Assembly: GCA_043799545.1 (NCBI GenBank)
Contig: JAZDNO010000019.1
Coordinates: forward strand, 32,001-96,000
DNA: 64,000 nucleotides
Origin: Methanobacteriota archaeon
GTDB taxonomy: Archaea; Thermoplasmatota; Thermoplasmata; SG8-5; DAIRED01
Reading direction: 5' to 3'
In this document: in pieces, positions 38,967 through 47,925 of the stretch
Layout of the letters: every line of letters begins with the position of its first letter
How positions within the stretch are numbered: position 1 is the stretch's first letter
Translations under genes and position numbers: made by a program
Notes under the pieces: model-generated
What the model saw: only the letters and a program-made list of their open reading frames with translations
Databases searched by the model: none
What the model was told of the DNA's origin: nothing

Positions 38967-41234
38967 ATGAAAATAAAGAATCTATTTGCATTAGCGATTG
39001 TGGGAGCGATGCTTGCATCGGCTTTTGCCGGGCTCGCGGCGGCGGACATCATATCGGTGGACGACGACAGGGAGCTGTACATCGTCGCCACGGATTTGGA
39101 CAACCGTGACTACTTTCCGGGAGAGCAGGACATAGACTTCTACATCCAGTGGTACAACCAGGGAGGCGACATCTCCACAACGGACACAGACCTGACCGCG
39201 GTCAGCTGCACGGTGAACGCGGTGGTGCGCAACCTTGCCGGAGCGATAGTGAACAGCCCGGTGTCCTGGGACGAGAACACTGTGGACTACATGGGGACAT
39301 GGCACGAGGGGAACTTTGCGACGTTCAACAACTTCCAGTTCGACGTGGTTGGCAATGCCAAACCGGGCGTGTACAACCTGACCGTGACCCTGACGTTCAC
39401 GGACGCAGCGGAGACGGCCTCCGAGACCGAGTACATAACCTTCGAGATTCTCCAGTGCGCTTTTGTGAACGACGTCGGCGGGCTCATCCCCGGGGACAGC
39501 AACAGGAAGATAGGCGTATACGTCTCGACGGGCATGACGGGCGAGGACCTGTGGCCCGACATCACGCTGACGCTCACCAGGAACAACACGGCCTTTACGT
39601 GGTTCGGCTCGACCGGAGCGACCTCGACGTCGTCGTGGGACAACCCGATATACTCGTGGGCGGGCCACACCTTCCAGTTCCTGATTTCCGTTTCGCCATC
39701 CATGAAGGCCGGCGATTACGACTTCCAATATTCAATCAACTACACCAACGACGACGACGTGCACTGCACCGAGACGGGCGTCATCACGGTTACAGTGGGC
39801 CACCTGGCGATGATTGGCACCACAACGGCGGTCGCCTCCATCGAGCAGGGGACAACCAAGGCCAACTTCACTCTTGTGATATCGAACACCGGGACAGTGA
39901 ACCTCTACGGATTGAAGTTGCGCGTGGACCCAGCGAGCATGTACTTCACGGTCATGCCCGCGGACCACTGGGAAGGCAGCCAGCCCGTGAGCTACGCGGA
40001 GATCGAGGTGGGCGACATCGCAGTCGGCGGCTCGGTCAGCAAGACCATGGTCATAGGCTTCAACGCATACATCCCCGAGGGCAGGCACAAGCTCATGTTC
40101 GGCTTCGACTGTTTCTACTACGACCCAATATCGAGGAGCTACCTGAAGGCGAACTCGACATGGCTGGGCAACCCCTGCTATCCGTACGTGACAATGGACG
40201 GAAACGGCTTCGGGCTGTCTCCGGATGAGAGCACAGTCGACGGTCCGTTCGTCATGCTCGACGTAGTCGACAGCGCCATGGACGTGAGCCTGCAGAGCAC
40301 GACCGTTTTGTACAAATCCCTGGGGCTCATCGACAATGAGCTTGACGTCAAAGTGCTAAACTACGGATACATCGATTACGACAACGTGGTGCTGACGATG
40401 CTCACCAACAGCCCCGACTCGCCGTTCCTGAACGCCGTGGACCCGACGGCGGCCAGCTCCGAGGACGTCATCCTGCCGGGCATCTTGGGTGCGACCGACT
40501 CCGTGTGGCCGGTCCAGTCGGAATACACCGTGACGTTCCGAGTCACCTTGCGGACGGACGCGGAGATGGGCGTGTTCAACGTGCCTGTGACAGCCAGGGG
40601 AATCAACAAGGACATGGGTGTTGAGGTCGAGGCCACGCTCAACGCGAGGGTGACAATCGCCGGGGTAGGCCCAAAGCTTGTGGTAACGTCCTCGACCCCG
40701 TCGAAGATAAACCCAGGCAGCAACTTCGTACTCACGCTGACCATAGAGAACCAGGGGGACGACACCGCGCGAAACGTGGTCATGTTCTCCATCAACGGCG
40801 GAACTTGGGACAGCCTCGAGTTGAACGGAGAGCTGGCGGCGCCAGTCCCGATGATAACTCCGCTCGTCCTCCCGGACATAGCGCCCGGAGACAACATAAC
40901 AGTGACCATCGCAATGAAGTCGCCGGCAGACATGTCCAACGGACACGTCTACATGGTGGAACTCGGCGTGAGTTTCATAGACTCGTACGCCGACCCGTAC
41001 TCGTACAGCAACGCCCAGACGACGTACTTCCAGGTCTCGGTCAAGACCAACGGCATGGGCGGCTCGTCCCTGGGGAATCTCTTCTTCATACTGACGCTGG
41101 TGGGAATCGTCGTCATGATATTCCTCTGCGTCTACACGGTGGTCTGGGCGAGGAAGAACTGGGTGCCGAGGCGCAAGAAGGGAGCATCGCCGTACATTGT
41201 CGGCTCGGAGCAACCGCCGCAGCCTCCCCAGTGA
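38967..41234 (+). CDS. Secreted S-layer-like/COG1361-type glycoprotein with C-terminal TM anchor
   Basis: Signal peptide (MKIKNLFALAIVGAMLASAFA), repeated Ig-like strands (LTLTIENQG), many N-x-S/T sequons and a terminal TM helix. Confidence 0.8.
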   Translation: MKIKNLFALAIVGAMLASAFAGLAAADIISVDDDRELYIVATDLDNRDYFPGEQDIDFYIQWYNQGGDISTTDTDLTAVSCTVNAVVRNLAGAIVNSPVSWDENTVDYMGTWHEGNFATFNNFQFDVVGNAKPGVYNLTVTLTFTDAAETASETEYITFEILQCAFVNDVGGLIPGDSNRKIGVYVSTGMTGEDLWPDITLTLTRNNTAFTWFGSTGATSTSSWDNPIYSWAGHTFQFLISVSPSMKAGDYDFQYSINYTNDDDVHCTETGVITVTVGHLAMIGTTTAVASIEQGTTKANFTLVISNTGTVNLYGLKLRVDPASMYFTVMPADHWEGSQPVSYAEIEVGDIAVGGSVSKTMVIGFNAYIPEGRHKLMFGFDCFYYDPISRSYLKANSTWLGNPCYPYVTMDGNGFGLSPDESTVDGPFVMLDVVDSAMDVSLQSTTVLYKSLGLIDNELDVKVLNYGYIDYDNVVLTMLTNSPDSPFLNAVDPTAASSEDVILPGILGATDSVWPVQSEYTVTFRVTLRTDAEMGVFNVPVTARGINKDMGVEVEATLNARVTIAGVGPKLVVTSSTPSKINPGSNFVLTLTIENQGDDTARNVVMFSINGGTWDSLELNGELAAPVPMITPLVLPDIAPGDNITVTIAMKSPADMSNGHVYMVELGVSFIDSYADPYSYSNAQTTYFQVSVKTNGMGGSSLGNLFFILTLVGIVVMIFLCVYTVVWARKNWVPRRKKGASPYIVGSEQPPQPPQ

Positions 41235-41495
41235 GCCGGAGAGCAAAACCCTTTTCCTTTCCTTTTCATTTTAGCAGAAATTCCGGCATGCCTTCCGCGA
41301 GATGCGACCGCCTCTTCAAGTGGAGCAACGTGACGGGCCTGACGAGGGCGGTGGGGGGCAGCTGTGGCGAAGCTGGCATCTAGTCAATTAAAACCCATAT
41401 TTTAATACACAACTAGCGATGTGGTCAATTATCGGTCACTTTTTCTCGCTCGCTATATGAACATTGACCACGCATATAGAATACGGTGATACCAA

Positions 41496-41792
41496 ATGAC
41501 CATCGAGACAATCAAGAAGACGGACGCAGGACGTGAGCTGAAGATAGTCGACGTGTCGGGCGCAAACCGGAGGAAGCAGGCCGTGAAATCCGCGGCGGTG
41601 ATGTTGGTGGCCGCGCTGGTGTTCGGCCTGGCCTTCGCTGCGGTGGCTGAGGGGGCTCACATCTCCCACGGATACGACGGCGAGCCGCGGGCCGCGGAGG
41701 ATGACGGGGGCGCAAGGCCGTGGGTCAAACTCCCCATCCCAGACTCGGACAGCGTGCCGGGCGGGGTCAGGCCCACCCGATTGCCTGCGTAA
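41496..41792 (+). CDS. Small hypothetical protein with one hydrophobic helix
   Basis: GGTGA RBS, and VMLVAALVFGLAFAAVA preceded by RRKQ. Confidence 0.6.
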   Translation: MTIETIKKTDAGRELKIVDVSGANRRKQAVKSAAVMLVAALVFGLAFAAVAEGAHISHGYDGEPRAAEDDGGARPWVKLPIPDSDSVPGGVRPTRLPA

Positions 41793-41940
41793 ACTGCCAG
41801 TACAAACCCTTTTTTAATATATTTTTCCAGACGCTTTTGACGTGGGCGGATGGCGCAGAACCTGTCCGGGCGCGGCCGGTCCGGAAATGCGCCGAGCCAA
41901 GAAAATGATGAAAACTGTGAAAGGATTTTTCAAGTGCGCT

Positions 41941-42834
41941 TCAAAGCTTGGCGACCTTGTCGACCTTTGCCTTCGGGTCTACCTCGACCTTCCCGCCCTT
42001 CACCAGTCCGATTCTGCAGTGCGGGCCTATCACGACCTCTCCGCCGGAGACCTCTTCCGCGATGACGCCGTCGATGTCCAGGCGCCCCTTCGCGACAAGC
42101 TTTTTGACTTTCAGCCGACCGTCGTCCCTGTGAAGCTTGATCTCTATCTCGTCCGCCTCGACGGACTCGGCGTGGTTCAGGTCCACGAGGCGCAGCGAGA
42201 CCTTCTTTGCCGTCATCTTTCCGAATACGAACAAGCCGCGCCCCTCGACCGTCTCCGCCTCGATGTCCTTCATCTCCGAGGCGCCGGAGAACTTCAGTTC
42301 CCTGGCCTTGATGGTGCCGCGGATGTCTACCGCGCCTGAGAGCACGCACTTGCCCACGTTCACGTCTCCTGTGATATCGCTGGCGCCCGAGACGCGCATC
42401 GCGTCGCCGCTCACGCTCCCCTCGATGTCGCACGCTCCGCTTATCTGGATGTCCGGGGATTCGACGTTCCCCTCGATGTCGCAAGAGCCAGACGCGTGGA
42501 ACGACTTGCTAGCTTTCACGGAGCCGGCCACGTCGCACGCCCCGGAAATCTCCACCTCCTCCGCGTCCACGTCGCCGCCAACGTCGCTCGCTCCGGATAC
42601 CTCCACCTTGACCGCGAACATGTCGCCGGGGTGGTCGCTGCAGCCGGAGACGCGGATGACGGGAGCGCGCTCGCCGCCTCCCTTGGCGCCCGAAGGCGAT
42701 TTTCCCTTCCTGGAATCGTCGCCAGCCTGCGCCTCGCTTTCGTACCTCAGCTTGATTTCCTTGTACGTCTCCTCGGACACCTCGCCGTTCGCGAACTTTT
42801 CGTCCAGCTTCCTCATCATATCCTTGAGTTCCAT
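41941..42834 (-). CDS. Bactofilin-like (polymer-forming cytoskeletal) protein with N-terminal SHOCT-like helix pair
   Basis: About 17-aa beta-helix repeats (VSGASDVGGDV, ISGACDVAGSV, ASGSCDIEGNV, ISGACDIEGSV, VSGASDITGDV) and a GAGGTGA RBS. Confidence 0.8.
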   Translation of the reverse strand: MELKDMMRKLDEKFANGEVSEETYKEIKLRYESEAQAGDDSRKGKSPSGAKGGGERAPVIRVSGCSDHPGDMFAVKVEVSGASDVGGDVDAEEVEISGACDVAGSVKASKSFHASGSCDIEGNVESPDIQISGACDIEGSVSGDAMRVSGASDITGDVNVGKCVLSGAVDIRGTIKARELKFSGASEMKDIEAETVEGRGLFVFGKMTAKKVSLRLVDLNHAESVEADEIEIKLHRDDGRLKVKKLVAKGRLDIDGVIAEEVSGGEVVIGPHCRIGLVKGGKVEVDPKAKVDKVAKL

Positions 42835-42918
42835 TTTTTATCACCTCTGAGGATGCAATGGCTCTCGGGATATTTATACAATCTTCAAAATAATAATTGA
42901 CAAACGCAACCCAGGGGT

Positions 42919-42930
42919 TTGCAATTGCAA
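42919..42930. promoter_or_regulatory. Perfect 12-bp palindrome TTGCAATTGCAA in a divergent promoter (candidate operator)
   Basis: Lies between the bactofilin TATA (TATAAATA on minus strand, 42871-42878) and the HTH gene start. Confidence 0.5.
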
Positions 42931-42967
42931 CGAAAAAGTTGAAATACTTGAAAATATATACAAAACC

Positions 42968-43393
42968 GTGCAAAAAAAGGCCTTCGCGATACTGTCGGTC
43001 ATGGCGTCCAAGTCCAGGAACGACGTCCTGGAATGCCTCAATGCCGGATACACGCACCCGAGCGAGATTGCCAAGAAGCTGAAGCTCACCCGCCAGGCCG
43101 TTGACAAGGCGCTGAGGGCCCTGTACGACCTTGGCATCCTCGACCGCTCGGCGGTCTTCCCGCCGGAGGGCCGGCCGAAAATCCTCTACACCATCAACCG
43201 CGCCGGCAGGAACCTGATACGGGCTCTGGAGGATGCGAGCCAGAACTACATCGACGACTTGGACGGGCGCCTCAGGGAAGAGCTGGCCGCCCTCGACGCC
43301 GCGCTGGCGGAGGGGCGGATGGGCGAGGAGGTCTACCTCAGGAAGCGCGGGGAGATAGAGGGAAGGCGCGGGGAGAATCCTCCCGGACTTTGA
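42968..43393 (+). CDS. ArsR-like wHTH transcriptional regulator with C-terminal SHOCT-like motif
   Basis: SRNDVLECL, PSEIAKKLKLTRQAVDKALRALYDLGIL and GRPKILY. Confidence 0.85.
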   Translation: MQKKAFAILSVMASKSRNDVLECLNAGYTHPSEIAKKLKLTRQAVDKALRALYDLGILDRSAVFPPEGRPKILYTINRAGRNLIRALEDASQNYIDDLDGRLREELAALDAALAEGRMGEEVYLRKRGEIEGRRGENPPGL

Positions 43394-43448
43394 CATCGGC
43401 CATGGAAAGCCTTTTACCAGAATCCCGCATCCTCCGAACCGTGCTCAG

Positions 43449-44798
43449 ATGACGGACGAGGATTCCGAGCGGCTGGAGAAGGCCAGCCTCCCAGGCAGAT
43501 TGGCGATGCGCTGGCACCCGTTTTACAAGGGGAAGGTCGAGATGATCGGCAAGTGCCGCGTGAAGGATTTCTCGGATTTCGGCGTGTGGTACACGCCAGG
43601 CGTGGCAGAACCTTGCAGGGCCATTGCGGCGGAGCCGATTCTGGCATACGAGCACACGAACAGATGGAACTACATCGCAGTCGCGTCGAACGGAACCAGG
43701 GTCCTAGGCCTCGGAGACATCGGACCGCTGGCCGGATACCCGGTGATGGAGGGCAAGTGCCTCCTGTTCAAGTACTTGGGCGGCGTGGACGCGACCTCGC
43801 TGATGATAGACACCAAGGACCCTGAGAAGTTCATAGAGACTGTTAAACTGGTCTCGCCGACGTTTGGCGGAATCAACCTGGAGGACATAAGGACGCCTGA
43901 CTGCTACCGCATCCTCGACAGGCTGAGGGCGGAGCTGGACATCCCGGTTTGGCACGACGACCAGCAGGGCACGGCGGCCATCACGCTGGCAGGGGTGATA
44001 AACGGCCTGAAGGTCGCGGGGAAGAAGCTGCCGGAGGCGCGAATCGCCCTCGTCGGAGCTGGCGCCGCCAACATCTGCCTCGCCAACACCCTGGTGAAGG
44101 CGGGAGCGGACCCCGGAAAAATCGTGGTCGTGGACAGCAAGGGCACACTCCACACGGGCAGGGAGGACGCGGAGCGGGATGGCGCGGCGAACCCCCGCAA
44201 GTGGGAGCTGGCGGTCAAGACGAACAGGGAGGGCGTCGTCGGGGGCATACCCGAGGCGCTCGCCGGCGCGGACGTGCTGGTCAGCGCGTCGAAGCCCGGT
44301 CCCGGCACAATCAGGAAGGAATGGCTCCGGGGCATGGCTGCGAATCCTGTAGTCTTCGCGGAGGCCAATCCAGTGCCAGAGATATGGCCGTGGGAGGCGA
44401 AAGAAGCTGGAGTGCGAATATTCGGCACGGGGCGGTCCGACTTCCCCAACCAGGTGAACAACAGCATCGGCTTTCCAGGCATCTTCCGCGGGACTCTCGA
44501 CGTGCGCGCCAGCACGATAACGGACGAGATGCACATCGCGGCGGCGCACTCCATCGCGAAGACGGCGGAGGAGCACGGTATAAGCGAGGAATACCTCGTC
44601 CCGACGATGGAAGACATGAACGTGTTCGTCAACGAGGCGGTCGCGGTGGCGGAGACGGCGATGGCGCAGGGCGTCGCGAGGCTGAAGCGCACGAGGCAGG
44701 ATTTGCGCGAGACGGCGGAGGCGCTGATAAAATCATCGAGGGCAAAGACTCAGCTCATGATGGCGCAGGGATTTATTCAAGAGCCGCCGGAGTGCTGA
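43449..44798 (+). CDS. mae: NAD(P)-dependent malic enzyme
   Basis: YTPGVA, GLGDIG, PVMEGK, INLEDI, HDDQQGT, GAGAA, ANPVPE and GRSDFPNQVNN. Confidence 0.95.
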   Translation: MTDEDSERLEKASLPGRLAMRWHPFYKGKVEMIGKCRVKDFSDFGVWYTPGVAEPCRAIAAEPILAYEHTNRWNYIAVASNGTRVLGLGDIGPLAGYPVMEGKCLLFKYLGGVDATSLMIDTKDPEKFIETVKLVSPTFGGINLEDIRTPDCYRILDRLRAELDIPVWHDDQQGTAAITLAGVINGLKVAGKKLPEARIALVGAGAANICLANTLVKAGADPGKIVVVDSKGTLHTGREDAERDGAANPRKWELAVKTNREGVVGGIPEALAGADVLVSASKPGPGTIRKEWLRGMAANPVVFAEANPVPEIWPWEAKEAGVRIFGTGRSDFPNQVNNSIGFPGIFRGTLDVRASTITDEMHIAAAHSIAKTAEEHGISEEYLVPTMEDMNVFVNEAVAVAETAMAQGVARLKRTRQDLRETAEALIKSSRAKTQLMMAQGFIQEPPEC

Positions 44799-44902
44799 AT
44801 CGATAGATAGCGGTTGGATGCTGGACCACCTCAAAAGTAGTGTACAGTGGTAGCCTCAATAATGTGCGATGTTTAAATTGATAATATGGATTAACAATAT
44901 GT

Positions 44903-44933
44903 GTTTCGGGACTGGTTTTTTCAGTCCCGAAAC
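44903..44933 (-). terminator. Perfect 12-bp stem-loop GTTTCGGGACTG-N7-CAGTCCCGAAAC
   Basis: Directly downstream of the minus-strand stop at 44945, between convergent genes. Confidence 0.6.
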
Positions 44934-44944
44934 CTTGGTTTTCA

Positions 44945-45124
44945 TTACTTTACGGACGGTTTCTTCTCGTCGCTTCCGCTCTTTATTCTAATAGTTCCCA
45001 TCAGCACCAGCACTACGAGCGTTATTATCACGGCGGCCAACAGGCCGAAAAAATACCAGCCCACTAGGAATGCAATCACCGACAGTAACGAGATTTTCGA
45101 CCAATCCATGGATATTGATACCAT
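44945..45124 (-). CDS. Small 59-aa membrane protein (not in ORF track)
   Basis: Hand translation: MVSISMDWSKISLLSVIAFLVGWYFFGLLAAVIITLVVLVLMGTIRIKSGSDEKKPSVK. It has a strong GGAGGTGA RBS. Confidence 0.75.
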   Translation of the reverse strand: MVSISMDWSKISLLSVIAFLVGWYFFGLLAAVIITLVVLVLMGTIRIKSGSDEKKPSVK

Positions 45125-45161
45125 TGTACATCACCTCCCTTTTATTGTTATTTTATTATCC

Positions 45162-45497
45162 TCAGAGAGGCCCGCCTACGGTGGGCAGGAATATCCCGAC
45201 GAATATCGCGACAATCCAGACGACCGCCGCTGTTGCGATGGCCTTCAGCCAGCCCATGTTGTACATGCTTCCGAGCGCGAGCGTCCATACAAGGCCGCCT
45301 AGCACCGCGGCAAGAAGCCCGTTGCCTAAGAAGAAATACGCCAGGGCATAGACAACGGCTCCTACCAGAGCCGCAATCAGGGCGGTCCCGAAGCCTTCGC
45401 TTTCACCGAACATGGCCGTTATCGCATAGATGATTATGGCCGATATGACCAGCGCGATAAGGAAATACAATAGCGTCGATATTATTGTTTCAGACAT
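45162..45497 (-). CDS. Small 4-TM hypothetical membrane protein
   Basis: Almost entirely hydrophobic 111-aa ORF (EGFGTALIAAL, YNMGWLKAI). Confidence 0.8.
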   Translation of the reverse strand: MSETIISTLLYFLIALVISAIIIYAITAMFGESEGFGTALIAALVGAVVYALAYFFLGNGLLAAVLGGLVWTLALGSMYNMGWLKAIATAAVVWIVAIFVGIFLPTVGGPL

Positions 45498-45714
45498 TTT
45501 TTATCCTTCCTTGATACTCAATCTATTGCTAGCTATATATAACTTGTTATCAAAAATTTAAATTCATCAGCTTGATAAATATTATTTTAATAAATAAATA
45601 TTTGAAAAATACGATAATGTTGAAATCAATACAGAGCTATGATGCGAGGAGCGAAACCCCCCGGGCAATCGAAACCTGGATTAATTCTATGGTAAGTTGC
45701 AACCCGATGTAAGT

Positions 45715-46071
45715 TCACGCCCGTTTGAAGTGCCTCATCCTCTTCGGTATCTCCAGGGAAATCTCCACGAGGCCCAAGCGCTTGCCGTCCTCGTACCACG
45801 GCGCCTGGTAGATTAGCTTCTTCACTCCGTCCTTTTCAATCGTGTACGCGTTCGTGCGACCGGATGCCATCATCGAGTCTATCTTCACGCGCGCCGCTGG
45901 AGGGTGGCATTGCCTCAAATCCTTACCGACTAGCTTCTTTCCCCCGTCCCTGACGAACGTCTTCTCCGAGCGCTTGTTCATCTCCAGGATTGTGCCGTCC
46001 TTAGCGCAGACGGTTATCGCTCCGGGGAATTCGTCTACCCACTGGTGCTGCTTGTAGGCTTTGGGATTCAT
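45715..46071 (-). CDS. Stand-alone PAS-domain protein
   Basis: DEFPGAITVCAKDGTILEMN, LVGKDLRQCHP and NAYTIEKDG. Confidence 0.8.
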   Translation of the reverse strand: MNPKAYKQHQWVDEFPGAITVCAKDGTILEMNKRSEKTFVRDGGKKLVGKDLRQCHPPAARVKIDSMMASGRTNAYTIEKDGVKKLIYQAPWYEDGKRLGLVEISLEIPKRMRHFKRA

Positions 46072-46256
46072 TGGAACACCTGATAGAAAGGGGAAGGAGC
46101 GAAGAAGGCAAAAAGGAATCGGATGGTCGGCATTGCCCAATGCTAGAGCATCGTTTATGATGGCCCATCCAGATACGGACTAGCACTGCATGGCTGGTGA
46201 GCTAGTCCTCTCTGGATGGGAACCCATTCTCATAACTAATTCTAAAATGATTCGGA

Positions 46257-46330
46257 TGGGCCCATCCAGATTCGAACTGGAGTCTCGAGCTCCCAAAGCT
46301 CGAAGTATGACCAAGCTAGCCCATGGGCCC
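46257..46330 (-). tRNA. tRNA-Pro(UGG)
   Basis: GGGCCCA acceptor stem, D-arm with TGGT, anticodon stem CGAGC-TTTGGGA-GCTCG, T-loop GTTCGAAT. CCA is not encoded. Confidence 0.95.
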
Positions 46331-46485
46331 TCGCCACGAGGATGGAGCGCTGGGATATATCTCTTTTCCGGTTCGGGGGAGCTATCAGCGGCGATATCCG
46401 GCCCTCATCCTTATATGAACGCGCAACCGGATGCAATCCAGCGTCAGGAACAAACTTTATGAGTTCAAATTGGTTGTGCATCCCG

Positions 46486-47901
46486 ATGAAAAGGTTGAGC
46501 GTCGTCGCCGTGACCGCGGTCCTGCTGGCGGTTTCCATAGCCGGCACGGGTTGGGCGCTGAGCACCGAGCCCGAGAGGAACCCCGGCGATTCGGTCGCAT
46601 TCGCCGTTCCTGTTTCAGAGCCCCTGGCGCCTGCCGCGGCTCCGCTGGCCGCGGGTTACACCCCGGCAAGCTTTCAGTTCGGCGTCGACGTCGAGACACA
46701 TGGCATCTACGTCGGCTACGGCGGGGCGCTTCGGGTCAGGCTCAACAACAGCCGGAGCGACAGCGAGATGCATGTCGTCAAGGAGCGAATCGTTTGGCTC
46801 GGGGGGATTGTCGAGAAGGATGTGAGCGTCGAGGTCGGGGCGAGGGCGGTGAGCGACCTCGGGCTGGTGTGGCTTCCCGGGCCGAACTTCGAGGGGGACC
46901 AGTCATACAAGGTCTCCCTGGAAATCCTCGTGAAGCAGGGCTCGTCGTGGAAGCGCCTGGGCGACGCGGGCGATCAGTGGACGGACTTCCAGCCGGGGTC
47001 TCTGCCGGTCATCGTGGATGGAACCGCCTCCGAATACGAGCGGGGCACCAATTGCTACGCATATTACGACAGGGCGAACGCCCTCATAGAGGACAGGGCG
47101 CAGACGGTGGCGGCGGCGCTCGCGGAGGCAACGTCCGGCATGCCTGGCGACCTCACGTACGAGAGGCTGTGCGGGGTCTATGACTGGGTCTCCCATAACA
47201 TCGCCTACGTCTCGGAACCGGAGGGCGAGGACGACTGGCAGACGCCCGAAGAGACGCTGGCGTCGGGCGGCGGGGACTGCGAGGATTTCACGCTCCTGAT
47301 ATCCGACATGGTTCTGGAGATGGGCGGGACCCCGAGGATGTACCTCATCGACGAGCACGCATTCGCAGCAATCTGGGTGGGCGAGAGCACGGCCGCCGCT
47401 GAAGATGCCATCAACGGTTACTACGGCGCGGAGTTGAAGCTCGCTTTCATAGAGGACGGCGGAGGGTTCTGGGTCGTGGCCGACCCTCTCGGCTCCCTGC
47501 ACCTTGGCGGGCTAGCCGTCCGGTCCGAGCCCACGTCCTCAACTGTCTGGGACTTCACTGACACGGCTGTCCTCTACGGAATAGACATGACGAGGGCGCC
47601 GGGCAGCGTCCGGATTTGGGAGCAGGACAGGCTCTGGGGCATATTCCAGATTGTATGCGACGTGCTCTTCCTGGCGGCTATCCTGATGGCAGTGGGCGTG
47701 GCTCCGAGGCCCGTGTGCGCCAGATGCGGAAGGAAGTTCTCCGGGGAGATTATGGAGTGCAAGGCATGCGGAGCCCTGCATCATCCACACTGTGCGAGCC
47801 AGGGATTTTGCGCGAACTGCGGCGCATCATTTAGCGCGCCCCAACCATTGCAGCCAAGCTCGCCCCCTCCGCCAACGCTGCCCCCTCGGGCACCACTATA
47901 G
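46486..47901 (+). CDS. Secreted transglutaminase-like protein with TM helix and C-terminal RING-like zinc finger
   Basis: Signal peptide, DWQTPEET, GDCEDF, EHAFA, VADP, a TM helix, then CARC...CKAC...HHPHC...CANC. Confidence 0.85.
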   Translation: MKRLSVVAVTAVLLAVSIAGTGWALSTEPERNPGDSVAFAVPVSEPLAPAAAPLAAGYTPASFQFGVDVETHGIYVGYGGALRVRLNNSRSDSEMHVVKERIVWLGGIVEKDVSVEVGARAVSDLGLVWLPGPNFEGDQSYKVSLEILVKQGSSWKRLGDAGDQWTDFQPGSLPVIVDGTASEYERGTNCYAYYDRANALIEDRAQTVAAALAEATSGMPGDLTYERLCGVYDWVSHNIAYVSEPEGEDDWQTPEETLASGGGDCEDFTLLISDMVLEMGGTPRMYLIDEHAFAAIWVGESTAAAEDAINGYYGAELKLAFIEDGGGFWVVADPLGSLHLGGLAVRSEPTSSTVWDFTDTAVLYGIDMTRAPGSVRIWEQDRLWGIFQIVCDVLFLAAILMAVGVAPRPVCARCGRKFSGEIMECKACGALHHPHCASQGFCANCGASFSAPQPLQPSSPPPPTLPPRAPL

Positions 47902-47925
47902 TGTCAATGAGCCGCCTGAGGATTT

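Noticed and set aside
44800-46330. Complete integrative element or provirus at tRNA-Pro
   Set aside because: There are no integrase, replication or capsid genes, and the only matching att-like copy is about 90 bp from the tRNA.
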